Positions 17,179-28,400 of a stretch of 64,000 nt of DNA are shown here, one piece after another. Below the pieces are notes generated by a model. The model saw only the letters and a list, made by a program, of their open reading frames with translations. It did no database searches and was not told the origin of the DNA. The translations under genes were made by a program, and so were the position numbers. Each line of letters opens with the position of its first letter. The stretch's first letter is position 1. The DNA is from a virus. Lineage: Duplodnaviria > Caudoviricetes. Where the stretch lies: positions 1,517 to 65,516 of the IMG/VR virus record IMGVR_UViG_3300042332_000866. The stretch is one strand, 5' to 3'.

Positions 17179-18119
17179 TGGACACACGTTTCACCGTCGC
17201 CGATTGCCGAGCCGCCCTCTATACCGAGGTCGATGCGACGGACATCAATTCGGCCTTGTTCCTGCCTGCGCTGAACGAAGTGGTTGAGTTTTTCACCTAC
17301 AACGGAGCTTGGAAAGGCAACACCCCAAAGGTGACTATCCCAGCCTCAGACGGTTTTTTCACTCTTCCACGTTGGTATAGCAGCGTGTTGACTCTTCGCT
17401 ATCAACGAGTTCCGCGTCCCATCTTCTCGCAATTCTACGAGTTCTCTGAGTCTGGCCCTGGGGAACTCCTAGATACAGATTCGTTTTATGGCGTGCTGGC
17501 TGATATGGGGGATGGATTCGCCACTCAATCAGACATCGCTACCGCAGGAACGCTTCGAGTAACTATCGGCGGTGCTGGAGATGCAGCCAAAGTTATCCGA
17601 CTCTACGGGACGGATGCTTCTGGTAACGTCATTTACGATACGTCAGGAAACCAAGGCATCAACCTGACGACAGCAAATCCCTCAGCAGATACAACTCAGG
17701 TATTCGCCACAGTGACAGGTATCCAAGCTCCAGCCAACATGACGTTGCCTTGGACGCTGAGCGTGGTAAACGGCGGCATCCCGACGCAGATCGGTTCATA
17801 CTACCCTGGCGAAACTCGCCCATCCTACAAACGCTATCGTGTGGGTAAAACTGACGAAGCGATCCACACTATCTGCCGCCGTCGATTCATCCCTTTAGTC
17901 GCCGAGACAGATTGGGTAATACCCGGCACTCTCCGAGCTTTACGTTACGGGCTCAAAGGACTGGCTTTTGAGAAAGCCGGACAACTCGCTGAAGCAGATG
18001 CGTGTTTTACCCGAGCACTTGGTTTCCTCAACGATGAAGCCAAAGCCTCCCGTGGCGGTGCTCGCCCGATGCTAAATATCACCACTGAATTGTCCCGAGG
18101 AGTTCAAATCGGAGCTTAA
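17178..18119 (+). CDS. Putative head-tail adaptor / tail tubular protein
   Basis: 313 aa with helical termini and beta-rich core; position before the internal proteins. Confidence 0.45.
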   Translation: MDTRFTVADCRAALYTEVDATDINSALFLPALNEVVEFFTYNGAWKGNTPKVTIPASDGFFTLPRWYSSVLTLRYQRVPRPIFSQFYEFSESGPGELLDTDSFYGVLADMGDGFATQSDIATAGTLRVTIGGAGDAAKVIRLYGTDASGNVIYDTSGNQGINLTTANPSADTTQVFATVTGIQAPANMTLPWTLSVVNGGIPTQIGSYYPGETRPSYKRYRVGKTDEAIHTICRRRFIPLVAETDWVIPGTLRALRYGLKGLAFEKAGQLAEADACFTRALGFLNDEAKASRGGARPMLNITTELSRGVQIGA

Positions 18120-18121
18120 TT

Positions 18122-19453
18122 ATGCCTAAAACCCCTAGTTTTGAAGAGATGTTTGGAGTTGGCAGCGTGCCGATTGCGAGCTATTTCAACCTGCCGGAAG
18201 GCGCTTCAGCAGATACTCGTTTCTCGCCTGAAGCTCGCGCTCTGCTCGGACAAGGGGAGGAGTATGCTCGCGAACAAGCCGCTAGAGAAGCGGAACTCGC
18301 TGCCGAAGAACTGCTTGGCGGAGCGGCTGGAATGTCAGATGAGCAGATCCAGCAACAGTTGATCCAGAATCCGAGGATGTTTGGGACTCAGGCAATCCAG
18401 CCGTTGAGTGGCTACATGCAGTATCGGCAGAGCACATCTCCAATGAGTGACGAGGTGCTTGGACCAGTCATCGAAGCAAAAATCACCGATCCCTACCATA
18501 AAGAGCGCTTCCGCAACCGGATGCTGCAAGATGGTTTGTCGGCAAACGATGCTTACGACGCTTACCTCACGGACGAGTACAATAACAAGTTCGAAGTGCA
18601 GCTGGCTGAAGCAGGTGTCCCAGAGACTGAGTATGGGAAGCTGAAGACAGCTTCAGGTAAGTTCGACCCCGTCGCCGTGCCTCGCGCAGTGGCAGCAGCG
18701 AAAGCGGCTGTTAAGCTGAGCGGAACAGGTAAAAAAGTTGCTCCTATAGATGAAGAAGTCGAGTTCCTCAAAGACGCGATTGAGCAACGCCAGAAGATCT
18801 TTGAAGCAACGGGCCGAGCCGACAAACTAGCTGAAGATCCAGTGATGGCTGACTATATCACTCGTTATGAGAGAGCTGCTACGGAGAAACTTGCGGGGTT
18901 ACGACAAGCCCCTAAAGCAAAAGTCACAGAACTTCCTAGCACAAGCGGAGCACCCCAAGTTGCCCCTACAGCAGCTACTCCTACACAAGGTTTCAGAACG
19001 CCAGAAGAACGTCTGAAAGCAGTAGCTGAGGCGGAGAAAGAAGCTCCTGTAAAACAAGCTATAGATAGCGCTTGGACTCAACAGAAAGCAAACTTAGCAG
19101 AACAGATACGGAAAGTCTATGGGGATAACCCAGAAGACATTGTGTTAGCCGCCAGAGCAGTTCTCAGCGGTGAATCTGATCCTGAAGCTAATCCTGCTGA
19201 AATCGAAGGTGGTCAAGCTAGCTACCTAGATTACCTTCTTCGTAAAACAGGTCGCAAAGCTAATGAAACAGCTTTTGAGGAACCTGGGAACAGACGAAAA
19301 ACTCTTGGTATAGGAACTCAAAAAGTCAAAAATGACGAACTTCTACAAGCGTGGGCAAGAGATGTCCTAGCTCTAGCAGCTCAGTTACAACAATCTCCTA
19401 CAACAACTCAAAAACCCGCTGGCAATATCAAAGGTTTGCAGCAGATTGAGTAA
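18122..19453 (+). CDS. Putative internal (ejected) virion protein
   Basis: 443 aa, helical and A/E/Q-rich, coupled to the giant ORF. Confidence 0.55.
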   Translation: MPKTPSFEEMFGVGSVPIASYFNLPEGASADTRFSPEARALLGQGEEYAREQAAREAELAAEELLGGAAGMSDEQIQQQLIQNPRMFGTQAIQPLSGYMQYRQSTSPMSDEVLGPVIEAKITDPYHKERFRNRMLQDGLSANDAYDAYLTDEYNNKFEVQLAEAGVPETEYGKLKTASGKFDPVAVPRAVAAAKAAVKLSGTGKKVAPIDEEVEFLKDAIEQRQKIFEATGRADKLAEDPVMADYITRYERAATEKLAGLRQAPKAKVTELPSTSGAPQVAPTAATPTQGFRTPEERLKAVAEAEKEAPVKQAIDSAWTQQKANLAEQIRKVYGDNPEDIVLAARAVLSGESDPEANPAEIEGGQASYLDYLLRKTGRKANETAFEEPGNRRKTLGIGTQKVKNDELLQAWARDVLALAAQLQQSPTTTQKPAGNIKGLQQIE

Positions 19454-22400
19454 TGCCAAACTACCTTGTAGAACTTGACGATGGACGAAAATTTCGTGTA
19501 GAAGCTGAAACACCTCCGACAACAGAGGAAATTTTAGCCTATCTACAAGCTCCCGCAGCTGCACCCGCTGCCGACCAACCCGGTCGTCTCGGCAGTTTCG
19601 CTTCCAGCGTAGGTCGAGGCGCGTTGTCTGTCGTCCCAGGCACGGTTGGAGGAGTCGGCTACGCTCTAGGCTCGGACACACTGACAGGCGCTGCCGACAC
19701 CATCGAAGGTGGTATCAACCGAATGCTTCCAGTGAATCCTGAATATCAAGACGAGTTCTTGATGAAGGCAGGCGGAGCTATTGGTCAAGCTGGGGGCATG
19801 TTGGCTACAGGCGGCTTGCTAGGTGCGGCGGGTAAAGGTCTTGCCTTGTCCAGAGGTCTTGCTCAAGGTGCCGCAGCCGCTAAAGGTGCCGACCTAGCTA
19901 AAAACGTGCTTCTAGGCACTGGGATCGCACAAGGCATTCGCGGAGGCGGTCAGGAAGCTGAGAAGTACGGTCTGCAAGGTGGGTCTGCCTACGCCCGTGC
20001 TCTTCTTGGAGGAGCCATCGAAGGTCTGTCAGAGCGCTACTTGTTTGGAATGGGAACAGAGCTTGCACCTGTGAAGAAACTTCTCGGTGACGCTGCGGAG
20101 AAAGGCGTTGGCGGTATCGTCAAAGCCGCAGGCACAGAAGCAGGTGAAGAAGCCGCAGCCCAGATTGGCGGTAACGTCGCCACCTCTATTCTTGCACCCT
20201 ACGGTGTTCAGACTCCAGGCGCTTTTGAAGGCGCTGGAGAAGCTGCTCTACTCGGCGGTATTGCTGGTGGAACAATCGGAGGAATCAACGCACTTATCCA
20301 GCCATCACCCACTATCGAAGGTGAAACGATGGTTCCACCAGCAGGCACCGAGCCACCAGCTACTGCTGCCCAAGAACCCGAGGACGACTTCGGACTGGCC
20401 GCGTTCCAACAGGAGATTGAACAGATCGTTCAGAATCCAGACCCTATTGTTCCTCTCCAGCAGACAATCAATCAAGCCGCTGTCACATCAGTTAAAGCTA
20501 AAGCTGACTTGTTGCCTGCGACCGCAGCAGTGATCGAGGCTGGCGGATTGGCACCAGCACCGACACCTGTTGCAGCGCAACCAGCGGTTGTCGCACAAGC
20601 CACCAGAGAGGAACAGCTTGCACAGCTGAGAAATAAAATTCGGCTCGGATTAAGCGCAAAAGAGCGTGCAGACATGGAGCAGCAACTCGCACAGGCAGAG
20701 GACGAAGGTGTCCTATCTGATGTATTTGCTGAAGAGCGTCGTAAAGCCGTGCAACGAGAAGACTTCCTTCGCCGTCAACGAGATCTCGAAGATGAACGCC
20801 AGAGACTCGCCGACCAAGGTATTCTCAAAGACGTATTTGCTGAAGAGCGTCAAAAAGCTATTTCCCGTGAACAACCCACCCCAACAATCGAGGAAACCAC
20901 CCCGCCCGAGCAGCCAATACCAGCAGTCGAAGAGGCTCCTGCGCCTACTCAGCGGGCCATCGCTGAAGAAGACAAAGCCGAGCTTGCAGAACTGGAAGAT
21001 TTGATGAGCCGCCGTGGACAGGCGCAGAACAAAGTCAAAGGGGTGAAGTTCTCCAAGAAAGACGAAGCCCGGTTTCAAGAACTCGGAGCTAAGCTCCGTC
21101 GTTATTTTTTCGAGACGGTTGACCCAGTCAATGACCCGGTTGTGGGGGAGGACATCTATGACCAACCCATTCGCCAGTCTGCGCAAGGGACATACTACAC
21201 GGTTGAAAAAGGTCGAATCCGCACAGGCCCATGGTTCAAACTCGACCCTGAATATGTACGTCAACAGGATGAGCTTCTCCGTCAGGAAAAGGCGGTAAAA
21301 GAGGCTCCTGCGCCTGAAATCACCTCCGAAGAATTTCCGAATGTCGAAAATGTGATTGACGAGCCGGGGGCGGCTGAGGTAGTTTCGGGGATGGAAGAAC
21401 TAAACGAGACCTACCAGCAATTCAGAGATCGTAAATTGCGGGAACTTGAGAGTGAAGATACTTTTCAAGACTTAGAAGCATCAGAGAAAGCAGACATCTT
21501 AGATGATTACGCTGACTTAGGAACCTGGGGAGAATCTTTGGTCAAAAGAGCCGAAACAGAACAACTCAGCGAAGAGGTGCTTGATGATTATGTCGATAGA
21601 TTTGGATTAGATACCTATGCCATTCGTTTTCGTGGAAAAGCGGAGCAGCGGCAATATAAGCCAAAAGCAGCTAGACAACAGCTCGGTAAAGAATCTTTGG
21701 ATGTCAGAACCAGAGGACAAAAAGCGGCAGACACTCGAAAGGCGAAGCAAGCTCAACCCCCAAAAACCCAACCCGCCGCCGAGAAACAGGCTGCGGAGAC
21801 GCAGGGAAAGAAAGGTCGCGCACTACCGACCTTCTCTCCTCCACCGAAAGAACCTTTCAAACCTTCTGCGGAACGGTTTACTCAATTCTACGTTGACGCA
21901 GGTATCCCCGAAGCAACAGCCGCCAAGAACGGGGCAAAGCTGATGCAAGTGGTTGAGACAGGGGAGTGGTCTGATTTACTCCATCCAGACAACAAAAAGT
22001 CCCGAGCTATATGGGAGACTTGGACTGGTAAGAAGTTGCCAAAGGGACTGGCTGCCAGTAAAGCTGCCGTCGCTGAGTTCGTCGCTGAGTATCGAGCTGA
22101 GAACTTCACCACACCTGCTTCAGAACTTTCGGACACAGAACTCAATGCAGAAATTCTGCGTCTTGCCGAGCAGGGAATGAAGCCATCCGCTTCGCAGACT
22201 CTCAAAGACCGGGCTTTGGAGCTTTCAAAAGAGTTCCAACTTCGCCAAGAAACAGGAAAGGCGAAGGCCGAAGACTCTTCAATCAAAACTCGTAGAGCAG
22301 CCATTGCTCGAAAGGCACTAGCCTTCACAGGTGGTAAAGGAACTGTGGGCAACCTAGCAGGAGATTCCTTTGCGCAGATGCGTGCTGATCTTCTGTCGGA

Positions 22401-25400
22401 GATAACAGGAACGAAGGTGCCTAAAGCAAAAGCTGGTATCAACGCTTTGATGAAAGCATTCTACCAAGAGTTCGGCATCGCGTCTGACACTGAAGCTGGG
22501 ATGCAGAAAAAGTTGTCTCAAGCTCTTCAAGAGGCTGTAGCACCCACCGCCCCAGCCCCACAGGCCGAGCAGCCTGCGCCCCAGCGTGACACGTCGAAGC
22601 CTGAGATACCCGCTGAATTGAAGGAAAAAGGAGTGTTGAGTTTTGTAGAGAAGAGCAAAGATGCGGAGACCTTCGACAAATGGCTCACAGACCAAGGTGT
22701 TTCTGATGCGCAAATAAACCCTGAAAAAGGGGACGGTGGAGCTGGCTACTTGTATTTAGATCGGGGGACTGAAAAAGTAGGACAGTTTTCATGGAGTCCG
22801 AAATCAAAAACCGGAGTGGATTCACGCTTAGTTTTCAAACTACCTGATGGCAGGAACGTCGTCTGGCTTATAGAGACACAGAGTATCTACGAGGTCGATC
22901 CAACCAAGATTGATCCGAATCCTTACTTCAAAGAGGAGACTGCTTTCGAAAAGCCATCAGAACAGATGTCTCCTGAAGAGGCTTGGGCAGAAGAACAATC
23001 CGTGATGGGAAAAGCAGCGTCAAAAGCTGATACACGCATGGTTCACGAAATGGATGTGAACACAGCTCTCGGTAAAAAGAAACCAGTCTCCAAAGCCGCC
23101 GTGGACGCCTACGGCATCACTCTCCCAGAAGGCTACGTCGCCGAGGGCGAGCTTTATGTGTATCGTCCGGGAGGTGAGGTGAAGGCGGATAAAACTGAGC
23201 TAGCCCAAGTAGGTGATGAAGTAACGTGGGTAGCTGCGGGGAAAGAGGCTCAAGGTACTGTTTACGCGATCCGAGGTGATTCTGCAGACATCGACTATTT
23301 CGGACCAAAAACTGTCCCGCTATCAGATTTGAGTATTGTCCGCAAATCTGGTCGCAGGATTGCTCAAGAAAAAAGAGACGCAGAATCAGCTAAATCTGAA
23401 TCACCGCAAAAAACCCAAGAACAAGAGCAACTAAAACCGAAACGTAAATTCACTAAGGATGAGGTAGCTTCTTTGGAGCAAGGAAAGACACCTGAAGGCT
23501 GGACGTTTGATAAAGACAGATCATCTACAGAAGGTGTTTTTATCACCGATAAGAAAGGTCAGACGTGGAAAGTCGAGGTGCAGTTTTCACCGACTAAAAT
23601 ACTAACCTTAGTCAAAGGTGACGAAACCTACTCTTTCAGTGCGCAACCTACAGCTCCGGTTGAGTTCGGTTCCACCAACGCTACTATCTCCACTCCAGAA
23701 GGCTACCAAGCCGCTAGAAAAAGGGTTGCCAAAAAGATCGGAGGTCAGACGAACGTCGGCGGGATGCTCGACCCTGTTCTCTTGAAGGATATTATCGCCA
23801 TCGGCGCTTTCTACATCGAAGGTGGGGCACGCAGTTTTGCATCATTCTCCGCCAAGATGATCGAAGATTTAGGGGAAGGTGTGCGCAAATACATCCAGCC
23901 TGCCTACGACGAGCTACGCAAACGCACAGACATTGACACGACGGGGATGGACCCGGTAGAAGCCGTGGAGACAGCTCCTGTGGCTGAAGCGCCACCAGCG
24001 CCTGCTCCTGCTAAAGTAGAGGCCGAAGCACCTAAAGCACCTAAAGCGGCTCCGGCCCAAGCTGCTCCGAAACCTGCTCCTGCCGCAGCAGCGGAGCCAG
24101 GCGTTGTCCCCATTGCCAATGACCCAGTTGACGTGCAACGGGCAGCACTTGGTCTTCCTCCAATTATGCGAATGACAAAGGAAGCCTACACATTCCAGCA
24201 GATGTGGTCTGATGCTGAGGCGGCAATGGCAGCTAACCCAGAACGAGGTAAAACACTCGTCAATACGCTGAACGATAAACCTCGCAATATCAGCGCTCTG
24301 GAAGATGCGATCCTTCTGCGTGAACGTGTGAACCGAGTAAATGCTCTTGACCTCGCTATGATCGAGTTCAACGAAGCTCCGAAAGGCAACAACGAAGATC
24401 AGAGAAAAGCGCTGGACAACGCTATCACGTCGCTCACGGAACTCGACAACGCTCTTGCGGTAGCAGGCACCGAGCAGGGACGTTCTTTGAATGCCCGCAA
24501 GATGCTAGCGAGACAGGACTACACACTAGCTAAGATGATCTCTACGCTACGTGCGGCGAACGACGGAAATTTGTCAGAGGCAGATATAGCTACGGTCACA
24601 CGTCTTCAGAAACAGCTCGAAGAAACTCAGAAGAAACTCGCAGAAGTGGAATCTGGGCAAGCTGATCTCTTAGCAGACCGTCTAGCTGAAGCTGAGAAAG
24701 TCGCTTTTGAAGCAGGTCGTCAGGAAGTTCTTAAAGACATCGAAGACCGCGCTAAAGCGGACGCTGCGAAGGTAGCTGAGATGCAGAAACGTAAGGCTGA
24801 GTATCTGGCCGCAAAGAAAGAAGCTGCCAAGACTCCAAACAAATGGGAAGAAATTCGTGCTGCTGCCCGAGCTAGAAACGCTGAACTCCGCAGCAATCTT
24901 TACAGTGACGTGGTGCTCGTCAAAGCCGCTTCGATGGCTGTGAACGATGTTATCATCGGCGCTACCTACATCGCTGAAGGCGTCACTAAGTTCGCTGACT
25001 GGGTCTCCAAAATGCGTAGTGAGGACATCAACCTCACGGATGACGAGATGCAGCAACTTTTCAAAGAGTCTAAAGCATTCGATGCAGGTGAAGAATTACC
25101 TGCTTCAGAAGCTCCTCTCAAGACTCGGAAAACAAAAGCTCCAGCTATCGACAAGGTCAAAGCTATTGCGGCTGATGAAGAGCAACTCGACTCCCGCACG
25201 GTTTACAACCTGGTTGTGGAGAAGATGAAGAAACGGGCAGAGGAGAGCAAAGCTGCCAAGCTGCTTGAAATGAGTCCTGCTGACCTGACCAGCGTCATCA
25301 GTGAAGTCACTGAAGACGTTCGAGAGTTCTTCCCCGACATCACTGAGCGTGAAATCCGTGACTTGTTCTCTGGCTACGGTAAGATCCTGATGCCTTCGCA

Positions 25401-27813
25401 GGACGAACTCTCGAAGCAAATGCGCCAGCTTAGTGCGCTTGGTAAACTGCAATCCGCCATCGAAGATGCTGAAGCAAAACGTGCGCCTCTGAAGTCCGGT
25501 CCTCAGCGAGACAAAGCCACTCAAGCAATCCGTCTCCAACAGAAGAAACTCGCTCGCGAGCTTCGTATGATGGGTCGCGATTATGAAGCAGGAGAGGATC
25601 AACTTCGCTCCCCGCTCGACGCCATCAAAGCCCGTCTAAACAATCAGATAGACGACCTAGCTTTCGAGATCAATAATCGGAAAAAAATTCAACGTCGTCC
25701 AACTGTAGAATATGATGCTGAAACCAAAAAACTGGTTGAACTTCGCGACGAGCTGAAACGCATCTCTGACTTCGTCAACGCACCTGCTGGACCCACCTTC
25801 GCGGAGTTGGTGAACGAGGAGATGAAGAAACTGGACGCTCGCATCGCAGAACTTCAGAAGACGCTAGCTGAAGGAAAATTCGCTCCGAAAGAGGACACTC
25901 GGATCTACACTGAGGAACTCGCTAAAAAGAGAGCACAGCGGGACGAACTTAACGCCCAAGTAGCGAAACTCCGCAAGATCGAGGCTGACAAGTCCAAAAC
26001 GCAAGAAGACATCGACAAAGCGGCTGTTGAGTCCGTGAAGGAGTCCATCAAAGAGCTTCAACGCAAAATCGACGAGAAAGACTTCACACGCCCCGAGCGC
26101 CGGACACCAACTGAGACTGCGGAGTATCTAGCCTTGGTGGCACAGAAAGAGGCACTGCAAGACCAAATTAAAGCCGAGCGGCTGAAGTTGTTCGGACGCC
26201 AAGGAATGTCTGACGAGCAGCGAATCAAGATGGCCACCGCAGCCCTCGACAAGTCGATTGAGCGTATGCAGAAAATGCTCACTTCTGGCAACTATGACGT
26301 TCCAAAGCGGACATCGAAGACGCCGGAGACGCCAGAACTTGCCCAAAAACGTGAGATTAAGAATACTCTCCGAAAACAGCTTCTTGAATTGAGAAAGCTG
26401 AAACGCGAAGCTGCGATTGACCCAATCGCCAAGCAGCTCAAAACCGACAAGAAGCGCATCCAGACACGGATGAAGAAGCTGAAGGAACGCATGGATAAGG
26501 GCGACTTCAGCAAACCTGTGAAGCGTCAGAAAGCCACAGATCAAGAGCTTCTAGACCTTCAAGTTAAAGAGGAGGAGCTAAAAGAGCAGTGGGCAAAGAT
26601 GGTTTTCGAGCGTTATCTGGCTTCTCGCGGACCTGGTAAAAAGATTCTGGATGCCGGACAGCAGATCATCAATACTGCTCGCGCAGTTCTTACCAGTTTC
26701 GACGTTAGTGCCGTGCTGCGTCAAGGCGGTTTCATTGTTCTAGGTAATCCTGTTCGAGGTTTTCGTAATCTTGGACCTATGTTCCAAGCTTTTGGCTCAG
26801 ATAAATTCGCCAAGGAAGAGAAATTTCGTTTGCAGAACCGAGAAAACTTCAAAAACGGTGCTTACCAGCAGTCGAAACTGTTCTTGGCTGATGTCAACAA
26901 AGTGGATCAGCTGAGCAAACAGGAGGAAGCCTTCATGTCTCGGTGGATCGACAAACTTCCGAAAGGTGCTCGCGGCTTGTATCTTGGCAGCGCCATTCAA
27001 GGTTCCCAGAGAGCTTATACCGTGTTCCTGAATCGTCTCCGCATGGATACCTTTGATGCCATGGTTGCCAACCTGAAGAAGGGATCTGAGCCTACTCCGC
27101 AAGAGATGAGTGCTGTGGCAAACTTCATCAATATCGCCACTGGGCGCGGTGATCTCGGCAAGTTCAACCAAGCCGGAACGGCGCTGAATACCGTTTTCTT
27201 CGCCCCACGTCTCGTAGCTAGCCGTTTCCAGATCCTAGCCGGATACCCCTACTTCACGGCTTCTGGCCGCACGAAAGCTCTCGTTCTCCGCGAATACGCA
27301 AAGTTCTTCACAGGAGCTTTGCTGGTTTACGCTCTCGGGATGCTCGCCCAAGATGACGAAGATGAACCTATTGAAACTGACCCACGTTCCAGCGACTTCT
27401 TAAAGATTCGTTTCGGTGACACCCGAGTTGATCCTCTAAGTGGTTTGATTCAAGCCACGGTGCTAGTTTCTCGTTTGGTCTCAGGCGAGAAGAAACAGGC
27501 TTCTGGTAAAATCGTCCCGATCAGAGGCGAAAAAGTCCCTTACGGAGCTGATGACTCTTTTGACGTTATGGGTAACTTCGCTAGAACCAAGTTCAGCCCT
27601 ATCGTCGGTTCCTTAGTGAACGTGATTACTGGGAAGAACGTCGTTGGTGAGACTACCGATGTGGTCGAGGAAACCAAACGTATGCTCATCCCCATGTCAT
27701 TTACCGAAATGAAAGAGACATTTGAGTCTCAAGGGATACCAGAAGCTACTGCTTTGACGACTCTTCAGTTGTTCGGTATGGGTGTTCAGACTTATACTCC
27801 TGGTAAGAAATGA
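19453..27813 (+). CDS. Giant internal virion / DNA-ejection protein (2786 aa)
   Basis: Gly/Ala-rich hydrophobic N-terminus, long coiled coils, C-terminal DPRSSDFLKIRFGDTR motif typical of large podophage internal proteins. Confidence 0.65.
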   Translation: MPNYLVELDDGRKFRVEAETPPTTEEILAYLQAPAAAPAADQPGRLGSFASSVGRGALSVVPGTVGGVGYALGSDTLTGAADTIEGGINRMLPVNPEYQDEFLMKAGGAIGQAGGMLATGGLLGAAGKGLALSRGLAQGAAAAKGADLAKNVLLGTGIAQGIRGGGQEAEKYGLQGGSAYARALLGGAIEGLSERYLFGMGTELAPVKKLLGDAAEKGVGGIVKAAGTEAGEEAAAQIGGNVATSILAPYGVQTPGAFEGAGEAALLGGIAGGTIGGINALIQPSPTIEGETMVPPAGTEPPATAAQEPEDDFGLAAFQQEIEQIVQNPDPIVPLQQTINQAAVTSVKAKADLLPATAAVIEAGGLAPAPTPVAAQPAVVAQATREEQLAQLRNKIRLGLSAKERADMEQQLAQAEDEGVLSDVFAEERRKAVQREDFLRRQRDLEDERQRLADQGILKDVFAEERQKAISREQPTPTIEETTPPEQPIPAVEEAPAPTQRAIAEEDKAELAELEDLMSRRGQAQNKVKGVKFSKKDEARFQELGAKLRRYFFETVDPVNDPVVGEDIYDQPIRQSAQGTYYTVEKGRIRTGPWFKLDPEYVRQQDELLRQEKAVKEAPAPEITSEEFPNVENVIDEPGAAEVVSGMEELNETYQQFRDRKLRELESEDTFQDLEASEKADILDDYADLGTWGESLVKRAETEQLSEEVLDDYVDRFGLDTYAIRFRGKAEQRQYKPKAARQQLGKESLDVRTRGQKAADTRKAKQAQPPKTQPAAEKQAAETQGKKGRALPTFSPPPKEPFKPSAERFTQFYVDAGIPEATAAKNGAKLMQVVETGEWSDLLHPDNKKSRAIWETWTGKKLPKGLAASKAAVAEFVAEYRAENFTTPASELSDTELNAEILRLAEQGMKPSASQTLKDRALELSKEFQLRQETGKAKAEDSSIKTRRAAIARKALAFTGGKGTVGNLAGDSFAQMRADLLSEITGTKVPKAKAGINALMKAFYQEFGIASDTEAGMQKKLSQALQEAVAPTAPAPQAEQPAPQRDTSKPEIPAELKEKGVLSFVEKSKDAETFDKWLTDQGVSDAQINPEKGDGGAGYLYLDRGTEKVGQFSWSPKSKTGVDSRLVFKLPDGRNVVWLIETQSIYEVDPTKIDPNPYFKEETAFEKPSEQMSPEEAWAEEQSVMGKAASKADTRMVHEMDVNTALGKKKPVSKAAVDAYGITLPEGYVAEGELYVYRPGGEVKADKTELAQVGDEVTWVAAGKEAQGTVYAIRGDSADIDYFGPKTVPLSDLSIVRKSGRRIAQEKRDAESAKSESPQKTQEQEQLKPKRKFTKDEVASLEQGKTPEGWTFDKDRSSTEGVFITDKKGQTWKVEVQFSPTKILTLVKGDETYSFSAQPTAPVEFGSTNATISTPEGYQAARKRVAKKIGGQTNVGGMLDPVLLKDIIAIGAFYIEGGARSFASFSAKMIEDLGEGVRKYIQPAYDELRKRTDIDTTGMDPVEAVETAPVAEAPPAPAPAKVEAEAPKAPKAAPAQAAPKPAPAAAAEPGVVPIANDPVDVQRAALGLPPIMRMTKEAYTFQQMWSDAEAAMAANPERGKTLVNTLNDKPRNISALEDAILLRERVNRVNALDLAMIEFNEAPKGNNEDQRKALDNAITSLTELDNALAVAGTEQGRSLNARKMLARQDYTLAKMISTLRAANDGNLSEADIATVTRLQKQLEETQKKLAEVESGQADLLADRLAEAEKVAFEAGRQEVLKDIEDRAKADAAKVAEMQKRKAEYLAAKKEAAKTPNKWEEIRAAARARNAELRSNLYSDVVLVKAASMAVNDVIIGATYIAEGVTKFADWVSKMRSEDINLTDDEMQQLFKESKAFDAGEELPASEAPLKTRKTKAPAIDKVKAIAADEEQLDSRTVYNLVVEKMKKRAEESKAAKLLEMSPADLTSVISEVTEDVREFFPDITEREIRDLFSGYGKILMPSQDELSKQMRQLSALGKLQSAIEDAEAKRAPLKSGPQRDKATQAIRLQQKKLARELRMMGRDYEAGEDQLRSPLDAIKARLNNQIDDLAFEINNRKKIQRRPTVEYDAETKKLVELRDELKRISDFVNAPAGPTFAELVNEEMKKLDARIAELQKTLAEGKFAPKEDTRIYTEELAKKRAQRDELNAQVAKLRKIEADKSKTQEDIDKAAVESVKESIKELQRKIDEKDFTRPERRTPTETAEYLALVAQKEALQDQIKAERLKLFGRQGMSDEQRIKMATAALDKSIERMQKMLTSGNYDVPKRTSKTPETPELAQKREIKNTLRKQLLELRKLKREAAIDPIAKQLKTDKKRIQTRMKKLKERMDKGDFSKPVKRQKATDQELLDLQVKEEELKEQWAKMVFERYLASRGPGKKILDAGQQIINTARAVLTSFDVSAVLRQGGFIVLGNPVRGFRNLGPMFQAFGSDKFAKEEKFRLQNRENFKNGAYQQSKLFLADVNKVDQLSKQEEAFMSRWIDKLPKGARGLYLGSAIQGSQRAYTVFLNRLRMDTFDAMVANLKKGSEPTPQEMSAVANFINIATGRGDLGKFNQAGTALNTVFFAPRLVASRFQILAGYPYFTASGRTKALVLREYAKFFTGALLVYALGMLAQDDEDEPIETDPRSSDFLKIRFGDTRVDPLSGLIQATVLVSRLVSGEKKQASGKIVPIRGEKVPYGADDSFDVMGNFARTKFSPIVGSLVNVITGKNVVGETTDVVEETKRMLIPMSFTEMKETFESQGIPEATALTTLQLFGMGVQTYTPGKK

Positions 27814-28400
27814 AGCAGTTACTAGACACTTCTCGCCCCGTCTCTGGCATGTGGACTTACACGCAGCCGGAGACGGGAGTATCGTTCAAAGACATACACT
27901 GGGGTGGATTCATCAAGCGAATTCGAGCCCATAGACTAGCTAATGATCTGCCTCTGCAAGGCGGCTGGGTAGAAGAGCTTCAAGACACTCTTTGTCAGGA
28001 AAACCCGGATCTTCCGTGTGCGGAAGTCGGTCATATCGCCCGTTACTACACGCAGGACGATGTCCAGCGGTTTGTCTCCACCATGCTTGAACTGAACGCT
28101 TCTAAAACCGTGGTAGGTGAGGAGGAACAACGTCGTCGCATCGACATCTGCGCTACCTGCCCAAAGAATATCAACATGGGTGGGTGCAAGTTCTGTGTCT
28201 GGATCGCACAAAAAACGACCGAGCTACTAGCTGGACGGAAACTCTACCGAGTCTCTGAGACACATAAACGTGCTTGCGGAGCCTGTGGATGCGACATCAC
28301 CGCCAAGACAGCAGTGCCGTTGGCGGTGTTGAAGGTTGTAGATGAGAAGTTGGGGACTACTCCCGACTATGCTGAGGGGTGCTGGATGCTTACAGAGTGA
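27810..28400 (+). CDS. Cys-rich putative Zn-binding protein
   Basis: CATC, CKFC, CGACGC and terminal CW motifs. Confidence 0.65.
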   Translation: MKQLLDTSRPVSGMWTYTQPETGVSFKDIHWGGFIKRIRAHRLANDLPLQGGWVEELQDTLCQENPDLPCAEVGHIARYYTQDDVQRFVSTMLELNASKTVVGEEEQRRRIDICATCPKNINMGGCKFCVWIAQKTTELLAGRKLYRVSETHKRACGACGCDITAKTAVPLAVLKVVDEKLGTTPDYAEGCWMLTE

